The notes under the pieces were generated by a model, which did no database searches, was not told where the DNA came from, and worked only from the letters and a program-made list of their open reading frames with translations. Positions 59,313-64,000 of a stretch of 64,000 nt of DNA are shown piece by piece. Position numbers and translations under genes: made by a program. This DNA is from Candidatus Bathyarchaeota archaeon. Its GTDB lineage: Archaea; Thermoproteota; Bathyarchaeia; Bathyarchaeales; Bathycorpusculaceae. The stretch covers positions 60,365 through 124,364 of the forward strand of contig CAVTZU010000015.1 of NCBI GenBank assembly GCA_963739305.1, read 5' to 3'. Every line of letters starts with the position of its first letter. The stretch's first letter is position 1.

Positions 59313-60965
59313 CTAAGCAGTTCGATAAGCGTTCTCAACCGCCACTTTTTCGTTTGGCTTTATCCAGCCTTCATTTTCAAGTTCTTCAAGCCCCTTCTTA
59401 AGTCGCTTCTCAAAATCTCCCGACGCTATCAGATTATTCGCTGCAGCGACTTTGTCCACGTCAGTTTCGAGTTCCTTGTCGTTTTCAAGCGCCTTTCTGA
59501 GGAGGCTAACCAGTTTCTCGATGCCCTTAGAGCGCGGTCTCAGAAAACTGGAAATTCTGGATCCGAGACCTGAGACGCCTAGGGCGGTTCCGATTCGTAG
59601 AGCAAACCCTTTGTATTCCTGAGCGATGACAGGTTCGAACATTAAATATTTTTTTTCACTGTCTATTTGAAGGCCAGCCAGGTAAATTGGAACGCCAATA
59701 AGCATTGGACTCACGGTCTCCCATGGAACCATCGTCTCCTCTATTTCTGACATGGACAACGTGATTTGCGCGATTAAACCGTTAATGTTTTTTGTGAGGA
59801 CCTGCGTCTTTTCCTGCAATTCCTCAGTCTCGGCGTTCTTCTCTTGAATTTTGAGGTCTCTCGACTTCTCAAGACTGACGATTCTCATCTTTTCTTCACC
59901 GATCAATTTCGAATACCGCTCGTTCAGCTTCTTCGTTGCCTTTTCTGTTTCTTTCTGTGTCTTGGTCATGCGGTCTGAAAGAGATTTTACTTTTCCATTC
60001 ACGCTGGAAAACTGCTTCTTAACTTGCCTAACTCGCACGTTCCACCTGGCTTCACCAGGTTTGTCTTTCTTTGCCCTTCGCAGGTCTCTTCTTTTTTCGT
60101 ACTCAGTTTTGTCTTGTTCAAGTCGGATAAGCTGCTTCTCCAACTCTTGCTTTTCCGCGAGGGTTTCTTCAATTCTCGCGTCGTTGTTTTTTGTTATCCT
60201 AGAGATTTCCGAGCTGCGCTCATCCTCGAGTTTCGACGTCTTCTCACGAACAGTCACGCTCAAAATTGAAATGCGTTGGTTGAAGTCATCTTGAATTTCC
60301 TTGAGTTCTTTCTCAAGCCTATCTCCATGTGCCCGAGTTTCTTCAGCCACGACTTCCATCGCATACTGCAACCCTTTGATTTGTACCTGCAGAGTAGCCA
60401 AGTTTTCTAAGATTTCTTCTGCGATCCTTATGGCATTTTCTTTGTCAATTCGCAAGGGAAGAAAGTAGTCAGGCCATGGCGTTGAAGAAACAGCGATCGT
60501 TTTTGTCTCTCTGAGAAAGCTCGTCAAATCCAAAACTGTCTCTTTGTCCGAAACATACCCTGCAATCGTTATTTGCTTTTGCGTGGAAAACCTATTGAAA
60601 ACTGCGGCTTCGCTACGTAATGCGCTGACGTACTGTTCTTGTTCTCTAGCGCTTCTTTTGATAGTTTCGGCAAGAGCCTCAGGATCTGGCGGTTTCAGAG
60701 AGGAAACGTTGCCAGAGACAAGCTTCATTCCGTCGATTAGGAAGCTCTTCTTTCCGTGGGGAATACACCATATAGGATAGTAAACCTTAGACATGAAGGA
60801 TGGAACCATTGCGTGTTCTCTAGCCCGCCACTTTTTCCATCCGACTTCAATAGCACATGCTATCGCCGCAAGTTCCATATCATCAGACAATTCAGTGTCT
60901 CTATTTTTGTTCTTATCTGCAAAGGGCAGAATTAAGTAGGGTGCGGACATCTGCTTCCACAGCAT
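59313..60965 (-). CDS. long coiled-coil protein
   Basis: Globular termini around a long central coiled coil. Confidence 0.75.
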   Translation of the reverse strand: MLWKQMSAPYLILPFADKNKNRDTELSDDMELAAIACAIEVGWKKWRAREHAMVPSFMSKVYYPIWCIPHGKKSFLIDGMKLVSGNVSSLKPPDPEALAETIKRSAREQEQYVSALRSEAAVFNRFSTQKQITIAGYVSDKETVLDLTSFLRETKTIAVSSTPWPDYFLPLRIDKENAIRIAEEILENLATLQVQIKGLQYAMEVVAEETRAHGDRLEKELKEIQDDFNQRISILSVTVREKTSKLEDERSSEISRITKNNDARIEETLAEKQELEKQLIRLEQDKTEYEKRRDLRRAKKDKPGEARWNVRVRQVKKQFSSVNGKVKSLSDRMTKTQKETEKATKKLNERYSKLIGEEKMRIVSLEKSRDLKIQEKNAETEELQEKTQVLTKNINGLIAQITLSMSEIEETMVPWETVSPMLIGVPIYLAGLQIDSEKKYLMFEPVIAQEYKGFALRIGTALGVSGLGSRISSFLRPRSKGIEKLVSLLRKALENDKELETDVDKVAAANNLIASGDFEKRLKKGLEELENEGWIKPNEKVAVENAYRTA

Positions 60966-61154
60966 ATCGTGTTTCCCAGTTCACTTATAACTCATGCGAA
61001 AAAAGAGCCCACAATCAAATCCATCCAAGAAGACTAGGAGTCAGAGTGATCTTTCTAAGCGATGGAGAAGAATTCAAAATCCCATGAACAAGAAGGCTTT
61101 ATTTTCACCTCAAGAATCGCGCATATACGCCCTTGAACTTGTCCGGCATTGATT

Positions 61155-61931
61155 TCAGCGGTGAATCACCGAATGTTCTCCAAGAAGATCACGTGCGCAT
61201 GCTATGATCCTCTGCAAGTAAGCCGTCAGATCTTCTTCAAACTCCCCTTCGGTCGGGTCTACTTTCAGATTTGTCATAAATTCTCTGAAGTATGAGAATT
61301 CTTTCTTCATTCGAACGTTGCTATGCGCAAGAAATTCCTCGATCTTTGCTTCTGCGCGTCCGTCGATATCCGGCACTCTATGTCTCGCCATGTCACTTAG
61401 GACGAAACAGTTATTCAGCATGATTTGTATGTTCTGCCACACACCCTCTTCATCTTTCGGATCCACAGGGGTTTGGTTTATCCAGTCCAGAAAGAAATCG
61501 AACATTCGGTTGGTCGGAAAAGTTTCTTCTCGAAAAACTTGGAATGCAATGTCGTCCGCGTACAAATCCTGCACGTGGTTAACAGCCTCCTGAATAACAG
61601 TGATCTCATAGCTCCGCGTCAAGTGGTTTTCACGTCCAATTTGCTTTCCAACCTTATCCAGCAGGCGGCGATTGTGCGATGGATGATGCATATTCGTCCT
61701 GTAGACGTGGGACATCTCATGCACAAGAAGCCCTTCGACCATTCCGGATCTCAGAGCCTCTCCCGAAACAACGATGATATTACTGCCACCCCTTTTCGTT
61801 GAGTATCCCATAAAAGGCAGTTTAGGGTCAACCAGAACGTCGAGTTTATCCGAAATTTCAAAACCCGCGTCCTTCATCATCCTTAGAGCTTCATTCGCAA
61901 CTTCTTTCACGAGACCGTTCTCAGAAGACAT
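61155..61931 (-). CDS. HEXXH metallopeptidase-like protein (DUF5781-like)
   Basis: LPFMGY, LVHEMSHVYR..HPSH, HVQDLYADD. Confidence 0.7.
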   Translation of the reverse strand: MSSENGLVKEVANEALRMMKDAGFEISDKLDVLVDPKLPFMGYSTKRGGSNIIVVSGEALRSGMVEGLLVHEMSHVYRTNMHHPSHNRRLLDKVGKQIGRENHLTRSYEITVIQEAVNHVQDLYADDIAFQVFREETFPTNRMFDFFLDWINQTPVDPKDEEGVWQNIQIMLNNCFVLSDMARHRVPDIDGRAEAKIEEFLAHSNVRMKKEFSYFREFMTNLKVDPTEGEFEEDLTAYLQRIIACARDLLGEHSVIHR

Positions 61932-62331
61932 CGCTCTACCACCTTCGCCTAATCATGACTTCACTTCTTTTTACCTTCAAGTACGCACACGAGCAAGATA
62001 AAAACCGATATTTCAAAGCTCGTTTAAGAAAGACCACGTCGTGGAAGCATCTCCTCATAATATTGCTCACACAACAATTGCGTTCCTCCAAAACTCATTA
62101 CGTCCGCCACTCGATACCAGTTAGGTTCGAAGAACAAAATATAAGATTTTTCTGCACCCACCAAGCTCCGGCAAATTTCGTGAAAAAGATCGCACTGACA
62201 CGAAATCTTGTTACTTGCAATCCTGAGGATGTTACTGTGGGGCCACAGTCACAAGACCTTATCTATCCACGCTGATTCAGAGCATAGTCAGATGAAGGAG
62301 TACGAAAAACCGCGATAACTTCCCCCTATTG

Positions 62332-63147
62332 TCAATTTCTCCTTCCTTTCTCCACATTTCGTCGCGGTCTCGCACTCCTGAAATCATTGTCTAGATCGTC
62401 CTTCAGTGGATGTCCTGCAATTTCGCAAGCATGAGCAACGATCCTATACTGTCGCTCATCCAACACACGTCTCACATCAAGAGCTGCCGATGCGAAAAGC
62501 TGAAGCGCTGCATTGCAGGTATCTATAAAGTTCTCATCACCTTCGCCCAACGCAGCGTCCTGTACTTTTGTCCATTTTGGTCCCATTCTTGCCGAAACAA
62601 GGTCCCACAGCTGGCTTTCAGAATCATAGAGGATTCGGTGATGCACCGCTAGAATTCGCGCCAAGTGAATTGCCAGTAGAGACCGTTGAACTGCTGCGGA
62701 ACTTCTTTGCCCTAACTCCAAGTTCCCGATCAATTTGTGAACTTCTTCAGCCCAGCCCGTCAGCTCTTCGGCAACCCATTTGTCTGCTCGTGTGCCCAGA
62801 AGCTCCCAACGCCACTCTTGGGCTTCTCGCTTCAGTGCCTCCGCGATGCTTTTGGGATCATAGATTAGCTTTGCGCTGCGCCACGCGGGGACAATTCCTC
62901 CAACCTTGCTAGGGCTTCTGAAAGCTATACGGTGACTTCGGCCGGTTGCCCAAGACACGGAGATCAAGAATCCCTGAAATCTCTCGAGCGCATAGCGGGA
63001 TCCTCTTCCTATCGCGTGGATGTCAATGTCTGATTCTTTATAGGCGTCGCCTCTCACCCAGCTTCCGAAGAGAACTACTCCTTCAGCACCTTGATCTATG
63101 AGTTTACGAGAAAACTTTCTAGAAACGTCCAAGACTCTTCTGTCCAT
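62332..63147 (-). CDS. nucleotidyltransferase (KNTase-like) domain protein
   Basis: LFGSWVRGDAYKESDIDI; EEVHKL. Confidence 0.8.
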   Translation of the reverse strand: MDRRVLDVSRKFSRKLIDQGAEGVVLFGSWVRGDAYKESDIDIHAIGRGSRYALERFQGFLISVSWATGRSHRIAFRSPSKVGGIVPAWRSAKLIYDPKSIAEALKREAQEWRWELLGTRADKWVAEELTGWAEEVHKLIGNLELGQRSSAAVQRSLLAIHLARILAVHHRILYDSESQLWDLVSARMGPKWTKVQDAALGEGDENFIDTCNAALQLFASAALDVRRVLDERQYRIVAHACEIAGHPLKDDLDNDFRSARPRRNVEKGRRN

Positions 63148-63206
63148 TACTCGAATTCCTCTATTCGACTGATCGCTCTTTGCGCAGGCAAGACGTGTCA
63201 AGATAA

Positions 63207-63294
63207 TGGTGCGGGGGATGGGACTTGAACCCATGAACGCCTGCGCGACAAGGTCCTAAGCCTTGCTCCTTTGACCAAGCTCGGAAACCCCCGC
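63207..63294 (-). tRNA. tRNA-Leu(UAG)
   Basis: Cloverleaf with long variable arm, anticodon loop CTTAGGA, encoded CCA. Confidence 0.95.
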
Positions 63295-63405
63295 TCATCG
63301 ACCAGCTAGGTGTTGAATTTCACCGTCTTCTTTTATATGTTTAGCCCACAACCTTAGGAACGCTTAAAACGTAAGAAACATTTTCGTAATTAGCAAACAT
63401 GAAGT

Positions 63406-63482
63406 GCCTCGGTAGCCTAGCCCGGTGGGGCTCCGCCTTGGTAAGGCGGGGGTCGCGGGTTCGAATCCCGCCCGAGGCTCCA
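63406..63482 (+). tRNA. tRNA-Thr(GGU)
   Basis: Acceptor GCCTCGG/CCGAGGC, anticodon loop TTGGTAA, GTTCGAATC, CCA. Confidence 0.95.
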
Positions 63483-63558
63483 CCTAGCTTTAAGACAGGC
63501 TTCGGAGTACCCGAAAATCATATAACTTGAGGCGTCTAATTCGCGAAGTGGTGTTGCT

Positions 63559-63801
63559 GTGAGTTCTGAGAGACAATTCACCACCGAAGAATTGAAGCAA
63601 TACAATGGGAAAGATGGAAAACCAGCTTACATTGCCTACAAAGGCAAGGTCTATGACGTCACCGATGATTTCCTTTGGGTCGAAGGTGACCATCAAGGCG
63701 AGCACTCTGCTGGCGTAGACCTTACCGAAGAAATGCCGCGTGCCCCTCACTTGGAAGACGTGCTTGAAAGGGTCAAACTGATCGGAGTTCTGACAAAGTA
63801 A
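63559..63801 (+). CDS. cytochrome b5-like heme/steroid-binding protein
   Basis: FTTEELKQYNG, AYKGKVYDVT, H.AG.DLT, APH. Confidence 0.9.
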   Translation: MSSERQFTTEELKQYNGKDGKPAYIAYKGKVYDVTDDFLWVEGDHQGEHSAGVDLTEEMPRAPHLEDVLERVKLIGVLTK

Positions 63802-63909
63802 GAAAAGAAAGAAATCTGCTGTTTTTTTGAGTAGATTTTTATCTCGTCAAATTCGTGGCTCGACAAAACGTTAAAAGAAACTGGACTAGGAAAGTGTTCT
63901 TGTGAGAAC

Positions 63910-64000
63910 ATGAAAGAAGGGAATTGTTTTGGCCTTTACACAGACGGAAAATGGGTTGAATCCGTCTCGGGAGAGACACGCGCGCAGGGTAAGATCCGAT
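63910..64000 (+). CDS. partial ORF with aldehyde-dehydrogenase-like N-terminus
   Basis: LYTDGKWVESVSGET; cut by the window end. Confidence 0.3.
   Translation, partial: MKEGNCFGLYTDGKWVESVSGETRAQGKIR

Noticed and set aside
62332-63234. ORF start inside tRNA-Leu
   Set aside because: Overlaps the tRNA; ATG 63147 fits the domain start
56256-63294. Second island integrated at tRNA-Leu
   Set aside because: I found no duplicate of the tRNA 3' end and no second integrase in the window

Overview
Archaeal chromosome segment, probably Bathyarchaeia. That assignment is an inference from the archaeal PheST, TyrRS, DnaG, PolB, pelota and TBP, two tungsten-type AORs, dockerin-tailed secreted proteins and the integrase type. 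Housekeeping blocks (pheST; tyrS-toprim-dnaG-polB-AOR-pelota-tbp; ttuA-AK6-RNase P RNA; tRNA-Leu/tRNA-Thr) alternate with accessory DNA. Main observations: (1) A ~10.4 kb tyrosine-integrase island is inserted in the 3' end of the RNase P RNA gene, bounded by an exact 18-bp direct repeat. It is built from repeated non-coding modules (a GTGAGCC/GGCTCAC hairpin repeat, a duplicated integrase 3' end, a duplicated right-end motif) that bracket unrelated cargo genes like cassettes. (2) (GC)n runs such as GCGCGC mark about 25 intergenic boundaries, mostly in accessory DNA. (3) An unassigned, highly structured ~330-nt ncRNA candidate lies downstream of pheT, and a smaller rRNA-complementary sRNA candidate lies upstream of pheS. 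(4) There are three tiny Lys-rich ORFs, probable non-canonical start codons in dnaG, pelota and vapC, and a divergent MCM-like ATPase between coiled-coil genes. Many single-base frameshifts, including one in AK6, suggest indel errors in the assembly. All family calls are by eye; no searches were run.
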